Source of the DNA: a virus
Taxonomy: Duplodnaviria > Caudoviricetes
IMG/VR virus record: IMGVR_UViG_3300025168_017853
Location: 1 to 57,093 of that record
Reading direction: 5' to 3' (one strand)
Length of the DNA: 57,093 nt
The notes under the pieces are model-generated. The model did no database searches. It worked only from the letters and a program-made list of their open reading frames with translations, and was not told where the DNA came from. This document shows, one piece after another, positions 9,129 through 18,454 of the stretch (its first letter is position 1; each line of letters begins with the position of its first letter). A program made the position numbers and the translations under genes.

Positions 9129-9708
9129 TTTCTATCCCTTTTAAAAACCATTTTGGCGTTTTTGATCTTGGTTCCCATTTAGCAAACCTTACTTTATCTT
9201 TAATGTAATAGTTTCTGTACGAAGCTACAACATCTATTCTATCACAATCTTTGTATATTTTATACTCTTCTTTCATACAAACAGGAAAGTCTGTAAGTAC
9301 GCTATCACTTATGTTTATAGGAAAATTCTTCCTGAGCCATTTTGCTTCTTTTGTAGTCTTGTGAACTCGATGGTAGCGTTTTTGATATTCTTTAAGCAAC
9401 TCTTCACATAATCTAAGCTGCCAATTATAGTTACACACATTTTCTGATGTCCAAAGTGTGCAAGGGTGTCGAGCATGAGTCAACTTCCAAGGCGGTTGCA
9501 AGTCAGGATCTGTGTTTTTATAAAGCCACGCCTGCGCATCTTTTACACGCCTAAAGTCTGTCATCGTCCGGTTGTTATCTTTTAACAAGTGTAGCCAGTG
9601 TGCAGTGCATAACATCTGAGCGCTTTCTAAAATCATCTTAACAACGTGCTTGTTACAATGAAATTTTGCTGCTTCTTTTGTGTCCATCGATAGTATAAAA
9701 GTATTCAT
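9121..9708 (-). CDS. Pyrimidine-dimer DNA glycosylase/DenV-related family protein
   Basis: MNTFIL...HCNKHVVKMILESAQML, HPCTLW, YRNYY..DK motifs. Confidence 0.75.
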   Translation of the reverse strand: MNTFILSMDTKEAAKFHCNKHVVKMILESAQMLCTAHWLHLLKDNNRTMTDFRRVKDAQAWLYKNTDPDLQPPWKLTHARHPCTLWTSENVCNYNWQLRLCEELLKEYQKRYHRVHKTTKEAKWLRKNFPINISDSVLTDFPVCMKEEYKIYKDCDRIDVVASYRNYYIKDKVRFAKWEPRSKTPKWFLKGIENE

Positions 9709-10508
9709 TAGGTGTTCCTGATGTCGGGCAGGATTAACATTTCAACTATCTTGGTAGTAACCAAAGGATCAGTGGTTGCGTAACTCTGTGTGCATTCTCC
9801 GTCCTTTAAAAGCTGATAAAGTGTGTGATCATTCTGGCCTTCTTCTACAGCATCACCTACAAAAATAATTTCTTTGTACTTAGAAAGATGATTTATTACA
9901 AAAGTTTTGTCCCATCCTTCTGGGTATATATCAAAGCTAGTTGACCCACCTAATGCAACGCAAAGATTAATATCTTTTTTATCTAACGCGTTCTTAAGTT
10001 CTTTAACGTAGTGAACTCTTATCTTTTTTTCCTTGTCACATTCAACCCAAGCATTTCGGGCTGCTGCATCTGCAGCTCTCCCAATTGGGCACCAGTTTAA
10101 CATAGATCCGCGGTAGTGAAAAAAAGTTCCCGTGTAGGGAAGATTATATTTTAATGTTATTAAAAGCTGGAATGATAAAATTGTTTGGAGTAGAAGCTGG
10201 TAGTTTTCTTTGCCTATTTCTTTAATCATGTCTTGGTCAAAGACTTTTTCAAATTTGTTATTTTTCCAAGTGTAATGTTTTGTTCCGTTACAAGGAAAAA
10301 TCTCTACCCTGTCTACTGGAATTCCGCTCAAATCAAACATATCTTTGCATTGCTGCATAACATATTCAAAATCAGAACCAGTCACAATACCAATTTTTGC
10401 AGATGAAGAAAGATCCCTAAGTGCTCTAATCATATCGTGTTGTATTTTTTCTCTTGGTAGAGTTAGTGTTCCGTCCATGTCAAATAAGACAATTTTATTA
10501 TTTTTCAT
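9708..10508 (-). CDS. Eukaryote-type phosphomannomutase (HAD IIB)
   Basis: LFDMDGTLT, YRGSMLNWCPIGR, GGSTSFDIYPEGWDKT, FVGD...GQND. Confidence 0.88.
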   Translation of the reverse strand: MKNNKIVLFDMDGTLTLPREKIQHDMIRALRDLSSSAKIGIVTGSDFEYVMQQCKDMFDLSGIPVDRVEIFPCNGTKHYTWKNNKFEKVFDQDMIKEIGKENYQLLLQTILSFQLLITLKYNLPYTGTFFHYRGSMLNWCPIGRAADAAARNAWVECDKEKKIRVHYVKELKNALDKKDINLCVALGGSTSFDIYPEGWDKTFVINHLSKYKEIIFVGDAVEEGQNDHTLYQLLKDGECTQSYATTDPLVTTKIVEMLILPDIRNT

Positions 10509-10999
10509 AAGTCACTAGAATCTTTGATTAGCCGGGAAGAGCTTTGAATTTTTTCGCCGCCAACGCCTAGTATGACTTCGCAATCAACCTTCTGGCATGT
10601 ATCCCATTCTGGTATTGACGAAGGATTATTTCTGTCCCCGCCTTTTGTAAAAAAGTCAGGCTTTAATAACATAATTGCTTTATCAACAGTTTGGCTATCA
10701 TCTGTCCACTCAGTTGCGAAATCAACACCTCTAATGCCCGCTATAATCTCAAGGCGCTCTGCTATTGGCATAAACGGCTTTCCCTTCTTTTTAACTAGAA
10801 ACTGATCTCCGTTAACTAGTACAACAACTTTGCCGTTATTCTTTTCTGCTAGTTTTGCAGTATGTTGCAGACATCTAAGGTGTCCTATATGTAACGGATC
10901 AAATCCACCTGACGTCATATAAACTTTATGCCCTAAGTGCTTCCATTCCTGGACTATTCTTAGTGCTTCTGGGTGTAATGCCTTGTTTTTTATGTTCAT
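10505..10999 (-). CDS. Cytidylyltransferase-like (HIGH) nucleotidyltransferase
   Basis: SGGFDPLHIGH, KGGDR, KIQSSS motifs (TagD/RfaE-like). Confidence 0.85.
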   Translation of the reverse strand: MNIKNKALHPEALRIVQEWKHLGHKVYMTSGGFDPLHIGHLRCLQHTAKLAEKNNGKVVVLVNGDQFLVKKKGKPFMPIAERLEIIAGIRGVDFATEWTDDSQTVDKAIMLLKPDFFTKGGDRNNPSSIPEWDTCQKVDCEVILGVGGEKIQSSSRLIKDSSDL

Positions 11000-11077
11000 T
11001 TAATAGTCCTAAGAGAACTATAACATAAAAAATAAAAATTTATATCTCATAAAGTGTTGTTGTCACTTATCTTGATA

Positions 11078-11491
11078 TTAAGTTGGGAGGCCGCCGACAC
11101 CTGAAAAGCCGGCGCTTCCTGTGAGCGAAGGAAATTCTGACGCTTCGATAGGCGTTAAACCTGCACATACTGACCACTGCATAGCAGCTGATGTTGTTAT
11201 AAAAATTTCTTTGCATCGAACGTCAAGTGTAACTGAATCATTGACAGGGCAAAGAAAAAAGTTCTTTAAAGTTGCGTGAGATAAGCCTTCAGATGTAAAT
11301 GCAACTTTTAAATATTCTCCGGCTGCGTTCCCTGAATTTGAAAGAGTAATAAATCTTGTGACATTTGGAAATTTAAACTGCTTAGCAGATATAGTCTCAT
11401 CAGCACCAGTAGATCCTGTTACGTAAGGTATCGCGCTAAGCTGGTATGCAGGAACTAAGTTGGGTCCTGCTTTTGTATGATTAATGGCCAT
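11078..11491 (-). CDS. Hypothetical protein, probably virion structural
   Basis: 137-aa beta-rich ORF rich in G/S/T/A. Confidence 0.6.
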   Translation of the reverse strand: MAINHTKAGPNLVPAYQLSAIPYVTGSTGADETISAKQFKFPNVTRFITLSNSGNAAGEYLKVAFTSEGLSHATLKNFFLCPVNDSVTLDVRCKEIFITTSAAMQWSVCAGLTPIEASEFPSLTGSAGFSGVGGLPT

Positions 11492-11727
11492 TAGTTTATC
11501 TCCTCACTGTTTTGAATATTTTGGACTCTTGAAAGTAACATTTTGTGAACCAAGCTTGAAGCCTCTTCCATTTCTAAAAAAACAGAAGCAAATTCTTCTA
11601 ACTCTAATGAAATTTGAAGTCTACCTATTTTTAAAATAATTTCTTCTCCAATTTCATCGTATACGATATTGTTAGTTAAAACAATAACACCTGGAATGCC
11701 TGAATCATATAGACTTTTTGTATCCAT
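11491..11727 (-). CDS. Hypothetical protein
   Basis: 78-aa ORF, translationally coupled. Confidence 0.6.
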   Translation of the reverse strand: MDTKSLYDSGIPGVIVLTNNIVYDEIGEEIILKIGRLQISLELEEFASVFLEMEEASSLVHKMLLSRVQNIQNSEEIN

Positions 11728-11908
11728 TAATATTACTTATATACCATTCTTCCAAAGATCCTTCACACAGAACTATAAAAAAATCTTTATGATTACAAGA
11801 TTTACTTATCAGTATTCCGTACTTTTGAGACTTTTCGTGCTGTACTAGACTTTGATTCTCTTTTTCTAGTAGTTCTTTTTCTAGTAGCTGGCTTTTTCTT
11901 AGGCTCAC
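11705..11908 (-). CDS. Possible small hypothetical protein (true start uncertain)
   Basis: Fills the 11727-11802 gap; overlaps neighbours. Confidence 0.35.
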   Translation of the reverse strand: MSLRKSQLLEKELLEKENQSLVQHEKSQKYGILISKSCNHKDFFIVLCEGSLEEWYISNINGYKKSI

Positions 11909-12119
11909 TTTTTAACAATACTGCAGGCTCTTCGATTTTTAAATCTTTTTCTACAATAAATATGCTATTAAACTCTTCTTCTGTGTATGGTTCAAAACCT
12001 CTATGTGCACAGTAAGAAATTATATCTTTAAAAGAATTAATCTCTTCTCTTTTACAAAAATCTTTAAAAGATAGCTTGTTTCTCTGAAGTAAATATTTTA
12101 GCTTAATTGACATCGTCAC
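11802..12119 (-). CDS. Hypothetical protein with basic C-terminal tail
   Basis: 105 aa; K/R-rich tail. Confidence 0.65.
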   Translation of the reverse strand: MTMSIKLKYLLQRNKLSFKDFCKREEINSFKDIISYCAHRGFEPYTEEEFNSIFIVEKDLKIEEPAVLLKSEPKKKPATRKRTTRKRESKSSTARKVSKVRNTDK

Positions 12120-12396
12120 TCCTTGAATTTAACAAATTAAGTTTGAGAGCTTCAGTATTAAACATTTGCTCTATAATTTTACTAGCAGGTGCTCCCCATT
12201 TTTCTTTAACTTCGACAACTATTTTTGATATTAATGATACATCAAAGGTAGAATTACCTATTGAAGTTTTAGTGAGCCTGCTAGCAACATAAATACTTAT
12301 TTCATCAAAAGCTTTTTGATCCCAATTCAAAGATTCTAGTAACGCAGTAGACTGATGGATCCCATACAGTTGTATTAATAAGTCACTTTTTTTCAT
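12103..12396 (-). CDS. Hypothetical protein
   Basis: 97-aa ORF in operon. Confidence 0.65.
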   Translation of the reverse strand: MKKSDLLIQLYGIHQSTALLESLNWDQKAFDEISIYVASRLTKTSIGNSTFDVSLISKIVVEVKEKWGAPASKIIEQMFNTEALKLNLLNSRSDDVN

Positions 12397-12673
12397 GCTC
12401 TATTTCTCTCATAAAGCTTACAATTGCATCTTGAAATCTTGGATCTTTTGAAATTCTATTAATTGAATTTTCATCTGTGTCGACATCGTATAGACTTACA
12501 ATGTCTCTTGCAATTTTTTCAAGAGAGTTGACAAAAACATTTCTAGCTGTTGAGTGATTCATCTTAAAACCTTGCTCTGTCATCAAATCTGATATTTCAT
12601 GATATGATTTTCCACCTAGCGTTTTCTTTGTTGAATAACCGTTCTTAGACTTAAAGCCTTTAGGCATGGGCAT
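12383..12673 (-). CDS. HTH protein resembling sigma70 region 4.2
   Basis: KSYHEISDLM...MNHSTARNVFVNSLEKI resembles the region 4.2 helix-turn-helix; directly follows the truncated sigma. Confidence 0.6.
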   Translation of the reverse strand: MPMPKGFKSKNGYSTKKTLGGKSYHEISDLMTEQGFKMNHSTARNVFVNSLEKIARDIVSLYDVDTDENSINRISKDPRFQDAIVSFMREIEHEKK

Positions 12674-12676
12674 AAC

Positions 12677-13411
12677 TTACTCCTTAATCTCATAAATGTT
12701 GCTATCTTCTTCATTAGTCTCAGAAATTCCAAATCTAAGACGTAATACCAGTTCTTCTCTTTTTGTAAGTGACGAAAGTGAATTTATGATAACTTTTCTT
12801 ATTTTTTCATTGTCAAGAATTGTGTCTAGCGATTTTGCATTTTCGTCTGGTAAAGTATCGCCAAACGTTTTGTTTCCTTCTTCACCAATACGTTCGTCAA
12901 TAGACTTTGCATATTTTGCCTTAATTCCTTTTAGTGCTTGTCGAACATGCTTTTGTGACAATCCTAAAATTTCACCAATCTCAGTTTCTGTAGGCTCACA
13001 CCCAAAGTTTTCACGATATTCTTTTTGAACTTTCCAAACTTTTCTTGCATTTGAAAGTGTATGGGAAGGAATTTTTACCTGGGAGCTATTGTTTGTTAAG
13101 CTCCGGGTTACAGCTTGCTTAATCCACCAAGAAGCGTAAGTGCTAAACTTAAATCCTTTTCGCCAGTCAAATTTCTCAACTGCCTTAATAAGACCAATAT
13201 TTGATTCTTGAATTAGATCTTCGAGGCTACCTCCGTACCTTGCATATTTTTTAGCAATAGAAATAGCAAGCTTAAGATTGGATTCAATCATAATATTTTT
13301 TGCTTTTGCATCGCCCGCTTCGATTCTTTTAGCAAGTTCAACTTCTTGCTCGCGTGTTAGAATCTTGTGACCACCTGCAGATTTAAAATACAAGTCTAGT
13401 GAAGACTTCAT
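12677..13411 (-). CDS. RpoD/RpoS-like sigma70 factor lacking region 4.2
   Basis: LTREQEVELAKRI, NLKLAISIAKKY, DLIQESNIGLIKAVEKFDWRKGFKFSTYASWWIKQAV; ends shortly after LTKREELVLRLRFG. Confidence 0.92.
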   Translation of the reverse strand: MKSSLDLYFKSAGGHKILTREQEVELAKRIEAGDAKAKNIMIESNLKLAISIAKKYARYGGSLEDLIQESNIGLIKAVEKFDWRKGFKFSTYASWWIKQAVTRSLTNNSSQVKIPSHTLSNARKVWKVQKEYRENFGCEPTETEIGEILGLSQKHVRQALKGIKAKYAKSIDERIGEEGNKTFGDTLPDENAKSLDTILDNEKIRKVIINSLSSLTKREELVLRLRFGISETNEEDSNIYEIKE

Positions 13412-13458
13412 AATACTCCTTTAATTTTTAATTTTTAATGTTTAATGTTTGTAAGCTT

Positions 13459-13487
13459 ATTTTAAAATGCAAAATAACTTATTGCAC
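13459..13487 (-). promoter_or_regulatory. Class-A promoter GTGCAAT-N16-TAAAAT upstream of sigma gene
   Basis: Matches the recurring motif. Confidence 0.55.
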
Positions 13488-13685
13488 TTTTAAAATCCGT
13501 CTATGTTCAAGCTCACGATAAACATAGCAGTAATAAGTCTGAAGACTTGTTAGTTTTTCTTTTTCTTTTTTAGAATTGTCGTTTCCAAACTCGATATCTT
13601 TAATTTTCCTACGCAAAGTAAGAAAAATCTGCTTGATTTCTTTTTGGTCCACTCTCTGTAGCTCATCCTTGTTTAAGATTCTCAC
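13479..13685 (-). CDS. Hypothetical protein
   Basis: 68 aa; GGGAGG SD and promoter upstream. Confidence 0.65.
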   Translation of the reverse strand: MRILNKDELQRVDQKEIKQIFLTLRRKIKDIEFGNDNSKKEKEKLTSLQTYYCYVYRELEHRRILKVQ

Positions 13686-13709
13686 TTAAACCTCCCTTAT
13701 TATGTTATT

Positions 13710-13738
13710 ATTATAAACATAAAAAAGTACATTTACAC
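13710..13738 (-). promoter_or_regulatory. Class-A promoter GTGTAAA-N16-TATAAT
   Basis: Perfect -10 hexamer with the recurring upstream element. Confidence 0.65.
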
Positions 13739-13739
13739 T

Positions 13740-14102
13740 CTAAAATATAATTTTATTTCCACGAAGTGTAACTCTTTTCTTGTTGTACTTTTCAACTGTT
13801 ATTGACTTTACGCCTGGTAGATTTTTTATCATTCCAGAAAGCTTTTTTACAGAAGAATATATTTCGGAAGTTTTTGGTAGAAACTTTATTGAGATTGTAA
13901 GCATTGCGTCACCGTCAGCAAATCTTGCAACTCTGTCAGCCTGAGCTACGACTGCAACTGTTGGAAGAATTCTTATTCTTGTCATTAGATCAGGAACATG
14001 TGTTTCATTTTCAAGTCTTAAAGTAAGTGTTGATGAAGACACTTTCTTTTCAAGCTTGTAAAGAGATTCGAGCATTATTTTTATATCATCTAACTTTGAC
14101 AT
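13740..14102 (-). CDS. Hypothetical protein (possible ferredoxin/ACT-like fold)
   Basis: 120 aa; alternating beta/alpha pattern, IKNLPGVKSI. Confidence 0.65.
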   Translation of the reverse strand: MSKLDDIKIMLESLYKLEKKVSSSTLTLRLENETHVPDLMTRIRILPTVAVVAQADRVARFADGDAMLTISIKFLPKTSEIYSSVKKLSGMIKNLPGVKSITVEKYNKKRVTLRGNKIIF

Positions 14103-14141
14103 TTGCGCCTCTCTTATACATATCCTTGTAAGTTTAAATTT

Positions 14142-15743
14142 TCAAGAAGAAGTAGTACTTTCTTCAATCATTGCTGAACCTACTGACAAGAGCGCTGCTG
14201 CTGCAGAAACAGAATTTTCTAGTGCACACCTCGTCACTTTAAACGGGTCAACAATTCCTAGTTCAAACATATTTCCAAACTTATCATTTCTAAAATCAAA
14301 CCCTACATCAACGTCAGAAGACTCAATTTTATCTAGATATGAAGCAGGATCTTTTCCGCCATTTAAAATTATTTGTCTAAAGGGCTGCAAACATGCGTGT
14401 ATTAGAATAGACATTCCTGCTCTAACACCATCGTCTTTAATCTCTTGTTGTGCAGATGCAATATCTTTACTTACTCTTGCAAGGGCCACACCACCACCTG
14501 GTAGAATTCCTTCTTGAATAGCTGCTTTTGTTGCATTTAGAGCATCATCAACCCTATCATACCTTTCTATAAGCTCTGCTTCTGTAGACGCTCCTACTCT
14601 TAATACAGAAATTGCACCTGACAGCTGCCTAAGCCTATATTGATAGAGCTCTCTTTCGTTACTTGAAAGACCCGGTTCTAGCAGTGCTTCTTTTATAGAA
14701 GCTATTCTTGCTAGACTTTGATTTGAACGATCATCTTCGTCAACAATAAAAAGCGTAGAGGCCTTTTGAACAATTACTCTTTTACAAGAGCCAAACATGC
14801 TGTTATCAAAATCATTCATGTCAAAAGAAGCATTAAGAACCTTTCCGCCTAGAATAGTTTGCATGTCACCAAGAAGCTCATGTCTTGTTGCACCAAAACC
14901 TGGAGACTTAATTGCTGAAACTCGCAAAGAGCCTTTAACCTTATTTAAAACAAGTCCTTGCAAAGCGTCACCGTCAACATCATTCGCTATTATCAAAATA
15001 GGTTTGTTCATGTCAAGTGCTACTTCAAGAGGCTTCATTAGACTGTGAATAGAAGTGTAAGAACTATCTGCCATTAAAATGACAGGATCTTTAAACTCAC
15101 AGATTGATTTATCTTTGTCAGTTATAAAGTAAGGAGAAAGAAAACCTCTTTCAACTTGATATCCGTCTACAACAGTCAAAGAAGATTTAAATCCTTTTGC
15201 TTCTTCTACTATTACTTCTCCATCGACACCAGAAGCTTTTATTGCAGAAACTATTAAGTTTGCTACTTCTTCCTCTCCGTTTGAAGAAATAGTCGCAACC
15301 TTCATTAGATCTTCATCGCTTTCTACGTTTCTTTTTTGCTTTGAAAGCTCTCTTAATGCAATGGCTAGCCCTAGCGACATTCCCTCCTTAATGCTTTCTA
15401 TATCAAATCCAGCTGCTTTCATTCTATGACCATGACCATAAATTGACTGTGCAAGAACTGTTGCAGTAGTAGTTCCATCACCTGCTTCTTCTGCTGTCCT
15501 AGAAGCTGATTCCTTAATGACTCTTGCACCTAAGTTTTCGACTTCATCTATAAGATTAATTGCATTTGCAACTGTCACGCCGTCTTTTGTAACTATCGGG
15601 TGAAGGCCTGGACGCTGAATTAAAACTAAGCGTCCCTTTGGACCCATTGTTGATTTTACTGTGTCTGATAGTCTGTCAACCCCTCGCTTTATTGCAGAAG
15701 AAAGTTCTTCGCCTGTAATAATTTCTCTTTTAATTTCAGCCAT
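14142..15743 (-). CDS. groL: Chaperonin GroEL
   Basis: [39 protein letters not shown]. Confidence 0.95.
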   Translation of the reverse strand: MAEIKREIITGEELSSAIKRGVDRLSDTVKSTMGPKGRLVLIQRPGLHPIVTKDGVTVANAINLIDEVENLGARVIKESASRTAEEAGDGTTTATVLAQSIYGHGHRMKAAGFDIESIKEGMSLGLAIALRELSKQKRNVESDEDLMKVATISSNGEEEVANLIVSAIKASGVDGEVIVEEAKGFKSSLTVVDGYQVERGFLSPYFITDKDKSICEFKDPVILMADSSYTSIHSLMKPLEVALDMNKPILIIANDVDGDALQGLVLNKVKGSLRVSAIKSPGFGATRHELLGDMQTILGGKVLNASFDMNDFDNSMFGSCKRVIVQKASTLFIVDEDDRSNQSLARIASIKEALLEPGLSSNERELYQYRLRQLSGAISVLRVGASTEAELIERYDRVDDALNATKAAIQEGILPGGGVALARVSKDIASAQQEIKDDGVRAGMSILIHACLQPFRQIILNGGKDPASYLDKIESSDVDVGFDFRNDKFGNMFELGIVDPFKVTRCALENSVSAAAALLSVGSAMIEESTTSS

Positions 15744-15745
15744 TT

Positions 15746-15931
15746 CTATCCTTTTAATAGCTTAGAATTACTTTTGTTTTCTAAAAGTGTCTTATCTATA
15801 CTGATAATTCTACGATGATTACTAATAACGTTAACTGCTACGTAGATATCACCTTCCTGCAAAACAACTTCATTTTCAGAAATGACGCCTGCAGATCTTA
15901 AGTTTTTTTGAGTGTTTTCGCTAAGATACAT
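15746..15931 (-). CDS. Hypothetical protein
   Basis: Likely start MYLSENT at 15931, coupled to the upstream stop and preceded by AGGAG. Confidence 0.65.
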   Translation of the reverse strand: MYLSENTQKNLRSAGVISENEVVLQEGDIYVAVNVISNHRRIISIDKTLLENKSNSKLLKG

Positions 15932-16728
15932 TATAACTCCTTGAATGTATTGCAGTATTTTTTCCAAGTAGAATCTTTTATCATGGAAGTAAATTCCATT
16001 TTTTCAAACGCTGACTTGAGTGTTGTAAAATCTTCTGATCCTACGTGAGACTCCATTTCGTTCATGCGTTCAGAAAAGTCTACCAACCTTATGAGGTTGA
16101 CATTTCTCTGAAATATATTCATTTTTTCACTATCAGAAAGAAACTCTTTAAGAAGCTTTTCATTCTTAACTAGTTTTGTCGCGGTTTTATCGCCAACTCC
16201 TTTTATTCCTTTAATGTTGTCAGTTGCATCACCTCGAAGTGCTTTCCACATAACATAATCATAGTCAGGTTTTTCAATAAATGATTTTCTAACTGGGTTG
16301 TATATTTTAATATTTTCAAATGCATTAAGCATTTGAATAAAATCAGAGTCAGAAGATATAATTGTGACATCGTCGTTTTGTCTTGCATGAATTGCAGCCA
16401 AAGTTGCAATTGCATCATCACATTCAAGCTTAGGGTGCCTGACTGTTTCAAAGGGAAAGCAATTCTTTATCAGCGAAATAATTGTAGCTTTTTGCTCATG
16501 AAAACTTCTATCTTGCTTTACCCTGTTCCCTTTATACCCACCTTCAGTAAGTTTGTTTCTAAACTCTGGAACACCTTCTAAAACAAAATATACTTTATCA
16601 GGATTAAACTTTTCAACAAGCGGCCTTACACCTCTAAAAAAGTTATAAACAACTGGATTGACTCCTTTTGTGAAACCAGAACGTGCTCTATAGATTAAAT
16701 TATACGCATCAAGAAACAAAACTTTCAT
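15931..16728 (-). CDS. 5'-3' exonuclease / flap endonuclease (PolA N-terminal / T4 RNase H-like)
   Basis: FLDAYNLIYR, YKGNR, ECDDAI, SSDSDF, GDATDNIKGIKGVGDKTA. Confidence 0.9.
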   Translation of the reverse strand: MKVLFLDAYNLIYRARSGFTKGVNPVVYNFFRGVRPLVEKFNPDKVYFVLEGVPEFRNKLTEGGYKGNRVKQDRSFHEQKATIISLIKNCFPFETVRHPKLECDDAIATLAAIHARQNDDVTIISSDSDFIQMLNAFENIKIYNPVRKSFIEKPDYDYVMWKALRGDATDNIKGIKGVGDKTATKLVKNEKLLKEFLSDSEKMNIFQRNVNLIRLVDFSERMNEMESHVGSEDFTTLKSAFEKMEFTSMIKDSTWKKYCNTFKEL

Positions 16729-17216
16729 TAAACTCTCATCTTATCTAAATCAGATACTTTCATATTGGCCATGACACCATTGCCTATGTCCACCTTTACT
16801 ATATCATCATTTAAAGGAGTTTGCACACTATCTTCTTCTTTAATGTCTTTAGTGTAAGGACTTGTCTTAGAGACGAGTGCTTCATCTTTTTCATGATTAA
16901 GCTCTGTACCAACTGTGTCTTCGATTACACCGTATACATGTTCAGATATTTTCATTGCAGATGAAAGCATCTTATCGATAGCATTTTTTGCATTGCTTAT
17001 CATATGTACCCTTACTTGTTTAATGTTTTCGAATGTTGCACCTTTTAGTTTTGATACATCTACTTTTGTTTTTTCTTCATCTGGCATTTCTGCAATAAAA
17101 GATTTTTCAATCCCCTCAAGTGTTGTTCTAGTAATCTCTTCAACAACTCTAAAGGGGATTACTCTTGCAGTCTCATTACCAACCAAATAAAAAATTTGCC
17201 CGACTTTGTATTTCAT
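16728..17216 (-). CDS. Hypothetical protein
   Basis: 162-aa ORF with GAGG SD. Confidence 0.7.
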   Translation of the reverse strand: MKYKVGQIFYLVGNETARVIPFRVVEEITRTTLEGIEKSFIAEMPDEEKTKVDVSKLKGATFENIKQVRVHMISNAKNAIDKMLSSAMKISEHVYGVIEDTVGTELNHEKDEALVSKTSPYTKDIKEEDSVQTPLNDDIVKVDIGNGVMANMKVSDLDKMRV

Positions 17217-17275
17217 AGAATCACCTCAGTGTCTATAATAATACAAAACGAGCAAATTTTTAATTTTAGAAGGAA

Positions 17276-17461
17276 TTATTTTTGTAAAGCTTTTTTAATA
17301 TCTCTTGAAAGAACTAAAACATCCTTACCTGATATTTGTTGAAGGTATGCAGAAAAATCTATCTTTGATAGTTCAGAAGCAAGGCGCCACTCTTCACGAT
17401 GGCCTCCGTGAATTTGAAAAATTCTTACAAGTTCTTTTATTGCAGATTCATGTAATTTCAT
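17276..17461 (-). CDS. Hypothetical protein
   Basis: 61-aa ORF coupled to the upstream gene. Confidence 0.5.
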   Translation of the reverse strand: MKLHESAIKELVRIFQIHGGHREEWRLASELSKIDFSAYLQQISGKDVLVLSRDIKKALQK

Positions 17462-18000
17462 TTAGAGTTTCTAAAACCTATTCCTGGAAATGCAGTATTT
17501 ACAACGCCTTTTCTGCTATTTGTAGGCTTTCGGTCGCCATATACCCAACCTGACGTTAGATTTAGGTCCTTCATAACGTTTTCAACTTCTTCTGCAACAA
17601 TTCTCTTAAGCTTTTGCTCTGCAAGTGTGGCAGGCGAAACTTTTTTTGCTTTTCTTGACTCTGAAAGCATTTTTCTTGCTCTTCTAATTTCCTGGACAAG
17701 CATTGCTTCATCAACTTCAATTAATTCATCCATGTCTTCTTCCATGTCTTCGCCTTCCATGTGATGCATTCCTTCATTTTCTGCATCCATGCCTCTTTCA
17801 TCATCTGCGTCACCGTCAGCTTCCATGTAATGACCGCCTTCTTCAAGTTCCTCAGAAAGTTGTCCTTTTCCGTATCTGTGCTCGCTTTCATCACTAAGCG
17901 GTGTTTCTTCATGATAGCTTCTGTTTGAAGCCTCATTTAAAGTCTTTGTGCCACTCTCAACACCTGCAAGTTTACAAAGTCTGTCTAAGTTGATTTTCAT
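17458..18000 (-). CDS. Acidic protein with several LxE motifs (possible prohead core/scaffold-type)
   Basis: MKINLDRLCKLAG..TLNE; internal MLSE and KLKRIVAEE. Confidence 0.7.
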   Translation of the reverse strand: MKINLDRLCKLAGVESGTKTLNEASNRSYHEETPLSDESEHRYGKGQLSEELEEGGHYMEADGDADDERGMDAENEGMHHMEGEDMEEDMDELIEVDEAMLVQEIRRARKMLSESRKAKKVSPATLAEQKLKRIVAEEVENVMKDLNLTSGWVYGDRKPTNSRKGVVNTAFPGIGFRNSK

Positions 18001-18026
18001 ACTATCCTCCTAAGATTGTATATTAA

Positions 18027-18389
18027 CTATACTTGATTTGAGGTTTTTTCTTCAATATTTTTTCTAACATTTGAAGTAAGTAGCCTTCCTGCAGCACTAG
18101 CTTCTTGAAGCGGCTGCAAGCCTAACGAGACTCTTACTTCGTCATACAACTCTGGACTTAAACTTTCTTTTAATACTTTCATATCTGCGTACTGATGCAG
18201 ATCCATTTCAAGAATTGGGACAGGTTCACCATCAAGACCAGGCTCATGCTCGCCTGTCTCTCTGCTTTCAAACATATACATAAGCGAAGGCATTTTTTCT
18301 TCTTTTGGAACCATCACAAAAGGAATTTTGGAACTTCCGCCGTCTTCACTTTCCTCATACATAATTTCTGGAAACCACTTACTTGTCAT
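18027..18389 (-). CDS. Hypothetical protein
   Basis: 120-aa ORF with GGAG SD. Confidence 0.7.
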   Translation of the reverse strand: MTSKWFPEIMYEESEDGGSSKIPFVMVPKEEKMPSLMYMFESRETGEHEPGLDGEPVPILEMDLHQYADMKVLKESLSPELYDEVRVSLGLQPLQEASAAGRLLTSNVRKNIEEKTSNQV

Positions 18390-18454
18390 TTACTTCTCCG
18401 TTAGACAAATAATAATATCTTATAGTGGGTTTGATGTTAAACTAATTTATATTT

